Shown here: piece after piece, positions 28,004-35,804 of the stretch
Numbering within the stretch: the stretch's first letter is position 1
Layout: each line of letters starts with the position of its first letter
Assembly (NCBI GenBank): GCA_965230995.1
Contig: OZ246398.1
Span: 464,213 to 528,212 of the forward strand
Direction: 5' to 3'
DNA length: 64,000 nt
DNA from: an uncultured Candidatus Saccharibacteria bacterium
GTDB taxonomy: Bacteria; Patescibacteriota; Minisyncoccia; Phycocordibacterales; G965230995
The notes under the pieces: generated by a model
Seen by the model: the letters and a program-made list of their open reading frames with translations, nothing else
Told to the model about the DNA's origin: nothing
Databases searched by the model: none
Translations under genes and position numbers: made by a program

Positions 28004-30381
28004 ATTTTGAACAATTAAAAAACCTCGCAAAATTCTATTCTCCATTAGTCACAATGGAAAAAGTTCTGTCACATAAAAATAGAAAATTCTTTGAACGTGC
28101 GTTTTTCTATTTAACAGTCATGATTTCCTTTCTATCACTCGGAATTTTCTTTGAAGTAAACGATAGGCTTTTGGGCACATTGCTTTTGTCTGGCTCGATG
28201 TGGTCTTTGTTTTTTGTTCTGGAATCTTTTTTCTATTCCCATTATTTCAAATCTGAAAAAAGCGTCTTGGGAGGATCGGAAGATATTAAAATGCCATATG
28301 AATTGGCAGAAGTAATTTTGCGAGCAGATGAAAATCACATAACCCAGAGTTTTCTCGAATCAAAAATTGGTCAATCAATATTAATCAGGCTCGGTATATC
28401 AAAAGACGAAATTGAAGAATTTTTTTCAAAGCGAAAAGACCCTCTTTCTTCTGACGAATTTGTATTAAAACAAAATAATTTATCACTCGGCTCTTTTGTT
28501 GGTGCAATAATGGAAAATGACAAAGAATTTTCTCAATTCCTGTTATCAAAAAATATTAAAAAAGAAGATGTAATAGGATGCAGTGATTGGGTAGAGAGAA
28601 TGTACCATGCCAGAAAAAAATACGAGAGATGGTGGAATATAGACAATATGGCGAGAGCAAAGGGAATTGGAAAAAAATGGGCGTATGGTATGACATATAG
28701 CCTCGAACAATATGGACGAGATATTTTGCCTAGAGTTTCCTCTGCTTCTTTTGATTTATACAAAGATGAAATAAACGAAATAGAGGCGGTACTTGCAAAA
28801 AGCGACGAAGCAAACGCTCTTTTGGTTTCTGAATATGGCAGGCCAAATCTAGATATTATAAATGGACTTGCAAAAGAAATAGAAGAAGGAACCGTTCTCA
28901 CGCCTCTCGAACACAAGAGAATTGTCTCTCTCGATTACGAGCTCTTGATTGCAAACAACGGCAGTAAAAATGCTTTAGAGAATGAAATCATTAAAGTTAT
29001 GAACGAAGCCGTAAAAGCCGGTAATGTAATCATTCTAATAGATGACCTCGTTGCTTTTGTCGCTAGTGCATATGCTGTCGGTGTAAATGTTATGGATATT
29101 ATCGACGACTATATTGCAGGTTCATATTTGCAGGTCATTTCTCTTTCGGATAAAAACGGCTTTGAAAAATATCTTCGTGTAAACGAAACAGTAGTAAAAA
29201 GATTTGAAGTAATAAAAGTTGCCGGCATAGACGAAAAAGCTCTCCTCAGAATTCTTTTGGATAGAGCATTGTATATAGAAAGTAAACAAAAAATATTTTT
29301 TACATTTCAGTCGCTCCGGGCGATAGTCACTTCTGCCGAAAGATATTATATGGATGGCTCTCCCGAAGACAAAGTGGCTGATTTTCTCTCTGAACTTGCT
29401 CCGCGAATGGAAATGAGAAAACAGATTCTTGTTTTGGATAGTGATGTATATGAGATGGTTACAGAAAAAACTGGTATACCAGTAGGCGAAGCCACAGTTT
29501 CTGAAAAAGAAAAACTTTCAAATCTCGAAGATATTATTTCAAAAAGAGTCATCGGACAAAAAGAAGCCGTAAAAGCAATTAGCGATGCTCTCCGCAGAAA
29601 TAGATCTGGTATTTCGAGCCAGAACAGGCCTATTGGTTCTTTCCTATTTCTCGGACCAACAGGAGTCGGAAAAACAGAAACATCAAAAGCTCTTGCAGAA
29701 GCCTTGTTTGGAAGCAGTAAAAAACTTTTGAGGTTAGATATGTCAGAATATAACACACCAGATGCAATCAATAGATTGATCGGCTCTCTTTCTGGTGACA
29801 AAGGTGTTCTTACGACATTAATTAGAGAAAATCCACACGGAGTGCTTCTGCTTGATGAATTCGAAAAAACTGATCCCGAAGTACTAAATCTATTTTTGCA
29901 AATATTGGACGAAGGTGTTTTTGCGGATGCCTTAGGAACAAAGGTTAATGCTCGAAATATGTTGTTTATCGCAACGACAAATGCCGGTAGTGATTTGCTA
30001 TGGGAATATACAAAAAATGGACAAAACATTTCTCAAAAGAAAACAGAAATAATTGATGAAATAATCAAGAGAAAATCTTTCAAACCAGAATTACTCAACC
30101 GTTTTGATGGCGTAATACTATTTCATCCACTTTCGGATGCTCAGCTAAGAGATATTGCAAAAATAATGTTAGAGAAGCTCGGCGAGAGACTCCGTGATCA
30201 GGGTATAAATTTTGTAGTTACAGAGGAGGCGATAGATATTTTAGTGAAAGAAGGAAGTGATCCTCAGTTCGGTGCAAGACCATTAAACAGAGCAATCCAA
30301 GACAAAATAGAATCTGCCGTTGCAAGAGATATTATGAATGGTGATTTGCAGGCAGGTATGACTTATGAATTTAAGGGCTAG
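28000..30381 (+). CDS. Membrane-anchored ClpA/B-like ATPase (first AAA degenerate, second intact)
   Basis: Two N-terminal TMs; AAA1 Walker A position reads SEYGRPNL; AAA2 [22 protein letters not shown]. Confidence 0.85.
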   Translation: MNFEQLKNLAKFYSPLVTMEKVLSHKNRKFFERAFFYLTVMISFLSLGIFFEVNDRLLGTLLLSGSMWSLFFVLESFFYSHYFKSEKSVLGGSEDIKMPYELAEVILRADENHITQSFLESKIGQSILIRLGISKDEIEEFFSKRKDPLSSDEFVLKQNNLSLGSFVGAIMENDKEFSQFLLSKNIKKEDVIGCSDWVERMYHARKKYERWWNIDNMARAKGIGKKWAYGMTYSLEQYGRDILPRVSSASFDLYKDEINEIEAVLAKSDEANALLVSEYGRPNLDIINGLAKEIEEGTVLTPLEHKRIVSLDYELLIANNGSKNALENEIIKVMNEAVKAGNVIILIDDLVAFVASAYAVGVNVMDIIDDYIAGSYLQVISLSDKNGFEKYLRVNETVVKRFEVIKVAGIDEKALLRILLDRALYIESKQKIFFTFQSLRAIVTSAERYYMDGSPEDKVADFLSELAPRMEMRKQILVLDSDVYEMVTEKTGIPVGEATVSEKEKLSNLEDIISKRVIGQKEAVKAISDALRRNRSGISSQNRPIGSFLFLGPTGVGKTETSKALAEALFGSSKKLLRLDMSEYNTPDAINRLIGSLSGDKGVLTTLIRENPHGVLLLDEFEKTDPEVLNLFLQILDEGVFADALGTKVNARNMLFIATTNAGSDLLWEYTKNGQNISQKKTEIIDEIIKRKSFKPELLNRFDGVILFHPLSDAQLRDIAKIMLEKLGERLRDQGINFVVTEEAIDILVKEGSDPQFGARPLNRAIQDKIESAVARDIMNGDLQAGMTYEFKG

Positions 30382-30432
30382 GTAATTGACAATGGAATAA
30401 AAATAAATAATATCTTATTTCAGTTCCTTGAC

Positions 30433-30571
30433 GGTGTGACGTCGCAAACAAGCCTGTACTGGCAAATGCTGGGTTGAGACAAAGGTCAGAGGGTGGCATT
30501 GGGGAATCTCGTTCGCCCCATTTCCAAACAAGGCCAGAGTATCAGCTCAAGTCAAAACCCGACTCCACACC
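30433..30571 (+). ncRNA. Candidate structured ncRNA (about 140 nt)
   Basis: Upstream TTGACA (30386); ends pair (GGTGTG..GTCG / CGAC..CACACC); internal stems; strong terminator follows; no SD-led ORF. Confidence 0.4.
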
Positions 30572-30582
30572 ACCCGTGCCCC

Positions 30583-30652
30583 GGCGGTTCACCAAGCCTC
30601 TCCCCTCGACCACGCGGTCCACTTGGGAGAGGGGAGGTGAACCGCCTTTTTT
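30583..30652 (+). terminator. Long intrinsic terminator
   Basis: GGCGGTTCACC...GGTGAACCGCC-TTTTTT. Confidence 0.8.
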
Positions 30653-30773
30653 GTTACTTGACAAATAAAATGGTTGTGTTATCATTAACAACAAAGAGAG
30701 TTGCGTTGTTGATTTTGGTCGCTTGACCAAGCAATGCAACTGCTCTCCAAGTTCCTACCACGGAGCACTGGCA

Positions 30774-30860
30774 ATGAGTGATCCCAGCAAGATGAAGATG
30801 ATCGAAACCAGTTCGGATTATACGACCACCTTCGTCGGCGCCATCCTGACCCCCGCCTGA
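30774..30860 (+). CDS. Putative 28-aa peptide MSDPSKMKMIETSSDYTTTFVGAILTPA
   Basis: GGAG 8 nt upstream; promoter TTGACA..TATCAT at 30658-30685. Confidence 0.35.
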   Translation: MSDPSKMKMIETSSDYTTTFVGAILTPA

Positions 30861-30920
30861 TCGGCTCCGGCATCCCGCCGGGCCCGGTCAACCAAACAGG
30901 TTCTAACCAAGGAGAGTATC

Positions 30921-30992
30921 ATGAACTGGTACCGCCATGGTTTCCGAAGTAGATTGCCCCCAATTCGCGTGCCAAGAGGCAGGCTGCGATAG
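30921..30992 (+). CDS. Putative 23-aa Arg-rich peptide MNWYRHGFRSRLPPIRVPRGRLR
   Basis: AAGGAG SD; 3' half overlaps a GC hairpin. Confidence 0.3.
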   Translation: MNWYRHGFRSRLPPIRVPRGRLR

Positions 30993-31062
30993 GGGGCATT
31001 ACTATTTGTGCCAAATCACATAAACCCAAGCGGGTTTTATTTTTTTATGTTATAAATCAATC

Positions 31063-32145
31063 ATGTTTGAATCACTTTTGAACATACTCAAATCAAAAAA
31101 CAAAAAGCTAAATATTCCAGAAAAAATAAATCTGGGTTTTTGGGTGAATATAAAAAAACCAGCAATAGTTTTGGCACCGATGGCAGATGTCACTGATAGT
31201 GCTTTTCGATCAGTAATTTCAAAATATGGAAAACCAGATGCAATCTGGACGGAATTCGTTTCGGCAGACGGACTTTTTCGTGGAGGATATGAAAAATTGA
31301 AATACGATTTGGTCTACGGAGAAAAAGAAAAACCAATCGTTCTTCAGCTATTTACCTCGAATCCAGAATATATGGAAAAAGCTTCACGCCTCGCAAATGA
31401 ATTGGGTTTTGATGGGATTGATATAAATATGGGTTGTCCTGATAGGTCAATAGAAAAGCAGGGTTGCGGTTCGGCAATGATAAAGACTCCAGAAAAAGCG
31501 AGAGAAATAATTCGCTCTGCGATAAGGGGTGCAGGTGGACTGCCTGTTTCTGTAAAAACTCGTCTAGGATATAACAAAGACATATTAGAAGAATGGCTAC
31601 CGGTTTTGCTATCCGAGGGTCCAGCTGTTGTGACTGTTCACGCCCGCACCAGAAAGGAGATGAGCAAGGTTCCAGCAAGATGGGAGAGGGTAAAGAGAGC
31701 TGTGGAAATTAGAAACGAGCTTGGATCAAAGACCCTCATTTTTGGTAATGGTGATGTAGAAAATCCAGAACATGCTTTGAAGCTTGCAAAAGAAACAGGT
31801 GCAGATGGTGTAATGATAGGCAGGGGAATATTTGGAAAACCCTGGCTTTTCGAAGATTTAGAAAAAAGAAAAGAGTATTTTAGTAACGGCAAAGTTTTTA
31901 ATTTGAAAGAAAAAACTCTCGAAGAAAAATTGAGAATTGCAATTGAACACACAGAAAAATTTGAAAAAGATTTTGCTGGAATAAAAAATTTTGCAATTAT
32001 GAAAAAACACTTTAAAGCTTATGCAAGTGATTTTGATGGAGCAAAAGAATTGCGTGCAAAATTGATGGAAACAAATAACGCAAAAGAAATTAAAGAAATA
32101 ATAGAAGATTTTTTGGCAAACAGAAAGTTTGGTCTTGAAAAATGA
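31063..32145 (+). CDS. tRNA-dihydrouridine synthase
   Basis: LAPMADVTD..FR, IDINMGCP, VSVKTRLG, VHART, GNGDV, GVMIGRG. Confidence 0.93.
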   Translation: MFESLLNILKSKNKKLNIPEKINLGFWVNIKKPAIVLAPMADVTDSAFRSVISKYGKPDAIWTEFVSADGLFRGGYEKLKYDLVYGEKEKPIVLQLFTSNPEYMEKASRLANELGFDGIDINMGCPDRSIEKQGCGSAMIKTPEKAREIIRSAIRGAGGLPVSVKTRLGYNKDILEEWLPVLLSEGPAVVTVHARTRKEMSKVPARWERVKRAVEIRNELGSKTLIFGNGDVENPEHALKLAKETGADGVMIGRGIFGKPWLFEDLEKRKEYFSNGKVFNLKEKTLEEKLRIAIEHTEKFEKDFAGIKNFAIMKKHFKAYASDFDGAKELRAKLMETNNAKEIKEIIEDFLANRKFGLEK

Positions 32146-32204
32146 GAATGACTGTGTTTTAATAAATATAGCACCGCACATTCACTCTAACGAGGACATC
32201 GTAA

Positions 32205-32375
32205 ATGAACAGCCGGGTAATCGTTTTGCCTACGGGCAAGCCGCCTTCAGATGTTGATGACGAAGGAGAGGAGATTCCTTTCTTTCCCAAACCTTCACTT
32301 GCGTGTGGAGAAATTGAAGCAAAACACGCAGAAGGTCTTGGTTACGATGTGGGTGAACCAGACATCGACGAATGA
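32205..32375 (+). CDS. Acidic 56-aa orphan (MNSRVIVLPTGKPPSDVDDEGEE...)
   Basis: Below the ORF-track cutoff; TTGAAA-17-TTTAAT promoter, GAGG SD, hairpin AGCCGGCC/GGCCGGCT at 32410-32433. Confidence 0.55.
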   Translation: MNSRVIVLPTGKPPSDVDDEGEEIPFFPKPSLACGEIEAKHAEGLGYDVGEPDIDE

Positions 32376-32475
32376 TTTTCTCCCACCCTCACTCTGATCG
32401 AGTTTCTTGAGCCGGCCCTCCCACAGGCCGGCTTCAACCTTTCAAAAAAAGCCTTTTTCAAATATACTTACCTGT

Positions 32476-33507
32476 ATGACACATATTGCGCTCTATCGAA
32501 AATACAGACCACAAACATTTAATGATGTAATAGGACAGGACCATATTGTTGATTCTCTAAAGCAATCTATAAAATCAAAATCAATTGCTCACGCCTATCT
32601 ATTTGCTGGATCCAAGGGAATAGGAAAAACAAGTATTGCAAGAATTTTTGCAAGAGAAATTGATGTAAAAGACGTAGATTTATATGAGCTTGATGCTGCT
32701 TCAAATAGAGGGATAGATGACGTTAGAGCAATGCGCGAAGCTGTACAGACCGTTCCGGTTTCTTCGCCATACAAAGTCTATATAATCGATGAAGCTCATA
32801 TGTTAACAAAAGAAGCTTTTAATGCTCTTTTGAAAACTCTCGAAGAACCTCCTGCTCATATCATTTTCATTCTCGCTACTACTGAAATGGAAAAATTGCC
32901 AGATACGATAATTTCTCGCTGTCAGGTATATAAATTTAGAAAACCAGGCAAAAAAATCCTGCAAAAAGCCGTTATTGATGTTGCAAAAAAAGAAGGGGTA
33001 GATATATCTCCGGAAATAGCTCATTTAATTGCGTCTGCGGGCGGGGGAGCCTTTCGAGATACTCTTGGTGTACTTGAAAAAGTTTTGGTTAGTGTTGGCA
33101 AGAAAAAAATCACTTCTGAAAATGTAAAAGAGATACTTGGCGAGACAGCCACATCTTTTGTATATGAATATTTGGAAAGTTTTTTCTCCCACGATGTTGC
33201 CAAGGGTATAAAAGCAATTTCTCTTGCAAAAGAATCTGGTTTTCAAATGAACATTTTTGGTGGAATGGTGCTTTCCAGGTTGCGAGCTGTTCTATTTCTG
33301 AGATTTTCACCGGCAAGTAAATCTGAAATCGAAGAAGAATACGGAGAAGAATTTGAAAACCTTTCTAAAATTGCAGAAGACAAGAAAAATATCTTAAATT
33401 CTGAAAAAATGATCAAAGCAATCGAAGCGATTTCAATGATAAAGAATTCTCCGATTCCAGAATTGCCTCTCGAATTGCTTCTTTTGGATGAAAGCGACAA
33501 AAAATAG
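32476..33507 (+). CDS. dnaX: DNA polymerase III gamma/tau (short)
   Basis: ALYRKYRPQTF.DVIGQ, G.KGIGKTS, DAASNRG, IIDEAHML, SRCQ. Confidence 0.95.
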   Translation: MTHIALYRKYRPQTFNDVIGQDHIVDSLKQSIKSKSIAHAYLFAGSKGIGKTSIARIFAREIDVKDVDLYELDAASNRGIDDVRAMREAVQTVPVSSPYKVYIIDEAHMLTKEAFNALLKTLEEPPAHIIFILATTEMEKLPDTIISRCQVYKFRKPGKKILQKAVIDVAKKEGVDISPEIAHLIASAGGGAFRDTLGVLEKVLVSVGKKKITSENVKEILGETATSFVYEYLESFFSHDVAKGIKAISLAKESGFQMNIFGGMVLSRLRAVLFLRFSPASKSEIEEEYGEEFENLSKIAEDKKNILNSEKMIKAIEAISMIKNSPIPELPLELLLLDESDKK

Positions 33508-33645
33508 CCTCTGTTTAAATTTTTTGAAAACAGCGAATTTTGCTTCGCAAAATTCGCTGATTTATGGTATAACATTTCTAGCCGGCTTTTCCGGTCATAC
33601 CAAAAAATATATTGGGTTGCTCAAAAGAGTGTATATAGAAGGTTT

Positions 33646-33722
33646 GTATTTTGTAATCGTAATTATTGGGGGATCGTCCCCGCCTGCCACGCTAGCTTTG
33701 GCGTTGCGGGCAGGTAATGGTA
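33646..33722 (+). repeat. Copy of the tRNA-Gln upstream region and 5' end, interrupted by a 36-nt palindrome
   Basis: 33646-33678 equals 33968-34000 and 33715-33722 equals 34001-34008; insert 33679-33714. Confidence 0.9.
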
Positions 33723-33731
33723 TAAATAGTT

Positions 33732-33968
33732 ATGTATTTCACCTATGTATTAAAAAGTGAAAAGGATGACGACTTATACATCGGCTATACAGAAAATCTT
33801 CGTAGAAGATTTGAACAACACAACTCTGGGTTAGTAGAGTCAACAAAAGACCGAAAACCTTTTGTGCTTGTGTATTACGAAGCTTGTACCAATAAAGATA
33901 AAGCACTACTTCGCGAGAAGTATTTAAAGTCAGGTTTCGGTAGAAGATTTTTGAAGGACAGGATATAG
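33732..33968 (+). CDS. Small stand-alone GIY-YIG nuclease (78 aa)
   Basis: YFTYVLKS..D..LYIGYTENLRRRFEQHNSG..ST..R.P..LVYYE......A..REKYLKSG.GR. Confidence 0.9.
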   Translation: MYFTYVLKSEKDDDLYIGYTENLRRRFEQHNSGLVESTKDRKPFVLVYYEACTNKDKALLREKYLKSGFGRRFLKDRI

Positions 33969-33988
33969 TATTTTGTAATCGTAATTAT

Positions 33989-34059
33989 TGGGGGATCGTC
34001 TAATGGTAGGACAGAGGCCTTTGAAGCCTTTAATTTTGGTTCGACTCCAAGTCCCCCAG
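33989..34059 (+). tRNA. tRNA-Gln(TTG)
   Basis: TGGGGGATCGTCTAATGGTAGGAC.GAGGC-CTTTGAA-GCCTT...GGTTCGACTCCAAGTCCCCCAG. Confidence 0.95.
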
Positions 34060-34216
34060 CAACTATATTTTCTTAGCGACTCTGTCGCTTTAGAAAATAA
34101 TTTATCCCGAACGGACGTGAGGGAGGCGTCCCGAGATACTGCGAGGGGCAACTCGCGAAGCGACAAACATCCGAGCCACAGGATGTTGTCTTGTTATTTA
34201 ATGCTAAGATATAACC

Positions 34217-34471
34217 ATGTATCACGTCTACATACTCAAATGCAAAGACGGCACGCTATACACAGGAATCACTAATGATTTAGACAGAAGATTTTCTCAA
34301 CACAAAAACGGAAAGGGTGGACACTACACCAGCTCAAAAAGAGTATCAGAAATTGTATATACAGAAGAGTACCCCGACAGATCTTCGGCATCAAAAAGGG
34401 AAGCTGAAATCAAAAAATGGCGACGAGAAAAGAAACTAGACCTCATAAAATCAAACAAGCAAAAAAATTAA
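34217..34471 (+). CDS. Small GIY-YIG nuclease, UPF0213/YhbQ-like (84 aa)
   Basis: VYILKCKDGTLYTGITNDLDRRFSQH..GKG..YT...A.KREAEIKK. Confidence 0.9.
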   Translation: MYHVYILKCKDGTLYTGITNDLDRRFSQHKNGKGGHYTSSKRVSEIVYTEEYPDRSSASKREAEIKKWRREKKLDLIKSNKQKN

Positions 34472-34518
34472 CAACAATAATCACGCTGTTAGTTTTTCAA
34501 TTATGCTATCATTATATT

Positions 34519-35286
34519 ATGTACAAATCATTTACCGCAGAGCAATTCAAATCGCATTTAGGACTACCTTTAAATTACAGCGTTGAAGGCTTGCTTTCGT
34601 ATGGCGCTTGGGATGAACATAAACATCTTGATGAAATTCAAAAAATCTTGAACGAATTGGGTGTCACATACAAAAGCAAAATGCTCGCGGGTTTTCTTTG
34701 TCATATTTGCGAACTTGAAATAAATGGAAAGATATATTGGTTTACTATGCTTTATGGTGGAGCAATGCTTTCAGAATACACTCATCTAGCTTGCCTTTTT
34801 GGATCAAAGAAAAATATTCACATAGGAAGCTGTGGCGGGTTATATCCAGAAATGAATTCGCTTGATTTTTTGATACCAAAATGGAGCTTCGGAGACGAAA
34901 GTACGACCAGAATTTATGGCAGGGAAGTAAAAGACAACAAACACTACTCAAACAGTGATTTGTCAGAAAAATTAAAGAGTAAAATAACAATTAAAAATAA
35001 AATCTGGGATGGCCCTATTATTACCTGCCAAGCAATGATAGGAGAAACTTGGGATGATATAAAATCATGGACAGAACAGGGGTATTACGGAGTCGAAATG
35101 GAAACATCAACCGTCTTTTCTGTTTCCAATCATTTTAATGTGCCGAGCGCGAGTCTTTTGTATGTATCAGATAATCTAGTAAAAGGGCAAGTCGTCGGCG
35201 ATGAAAGCCATATTGCAGAAAAAGAACAAAGAGAAAAAGCAAAAGACGAAGTCTACAAGGCAAGCATTAAGACTTTGATAGAGTAA
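34519..35286 (+). CDS. Nucleoside phosphorylase (PNP/UDP family)
   Basis: IHIGSCGGL, GDEST, GVEMETS, LLYVSD. Confidence 0.8.
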   Translation: MYKSFTAEQFKSHLGLPLNYSVEGLLSYGAWDEHKHLDEIQKILNELGVTYKSKMLAGFLCHICELEINGKIYWFTMLYGGAMLSEYTHLACLFGSKKNIHIGSCGGLYPEMNSLDFLIPKWSFGDESTTRIYGREVKDNKHYSNSDLSEKLKSKITIKNKIWDGPIITCQAMIGETWDDIKSWTEQGYYGVEMETSTVFSVSNHFNVPSASLLYVSDNLVKGQVVGDESHIAEKEQREKAKDEVYKASIKTLIE

Positions 35287-35455
35287 CTATTCTAAAAATA
35301 AAAAAGGGGGGGGAATTAAACGGCTGTAATAATAGCCCTATGCATTTTTGGTGTTTGTAATATAGCCAAAAGTGGAATAGAATGGAAATTATGGCTTTTA
35401 TATAATATTTTAGCTTCCTAGCCTTTTAATTTTTGAAATATCTTATATCTTCATT

Positions 35456-35803
35456 ATGAAAAAAATCGATGATCTAACGAAAAGAATTATATCATTCCGA
35501 GACGCTAGGGATTGGAAACAATTTCATAATCCTAAAGACGTTGCTCTTTCGTTGGTGTTAGAAGCAACCGAGGTCATGGAACATTTTCAGTGGAAGAATA
35601 AGGAGGTGATGGATAAATATATAGTAACAAACAAAACTGATATTGGTGAAGAATTGGCAGATGTTTTGTACTGGATATTGCTCATGAGTCATGATCTCAA
35701 TATAGACGTGTTAGACGCACTAGAGAAAAAGATTAAAGTCAACGAAGGTAAATATCCGGTTGAAAAGGCAAAAGGTAAATATACTAAATACAACAAATTG
35801 TAA
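35456..35803 (+). CDS. MazG-like nucleotide pyrophosphohydrolase (dCTPase type)
   Basis: FRDARDWKQFHNPKD...L..EATEVMEHFQW...GEELADV...K...N..KYP. Confidence 0.9.
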   Translation: MKKIDDLTKRIISFRDARDWKQFHNPKDVALSLVLEATEVMEHFQWKNKEVMDKYIVTNKTDIGEELADVLYWILLMSHDLNIDVLDALEKKIKVNEGKYPVEKAKGKYTKYNKL

Positions 35804-35804
35804 T

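Noticed and set aside
32407-32475. N-terminal extensions given by the ORF track for dnaX (also dprA, Clp ATPase, phosphorylase, DUF2075, ArsR)
   Set aside because: The extensions overlap terminators, promoters or upstream genes; downstream ATGs match the family N-termini.
35306-35313. G8 tract as a phase-variation switch
   Set aside because: Intergenic, about 140 nt from the next start and not clearly inside a promoter spacer.
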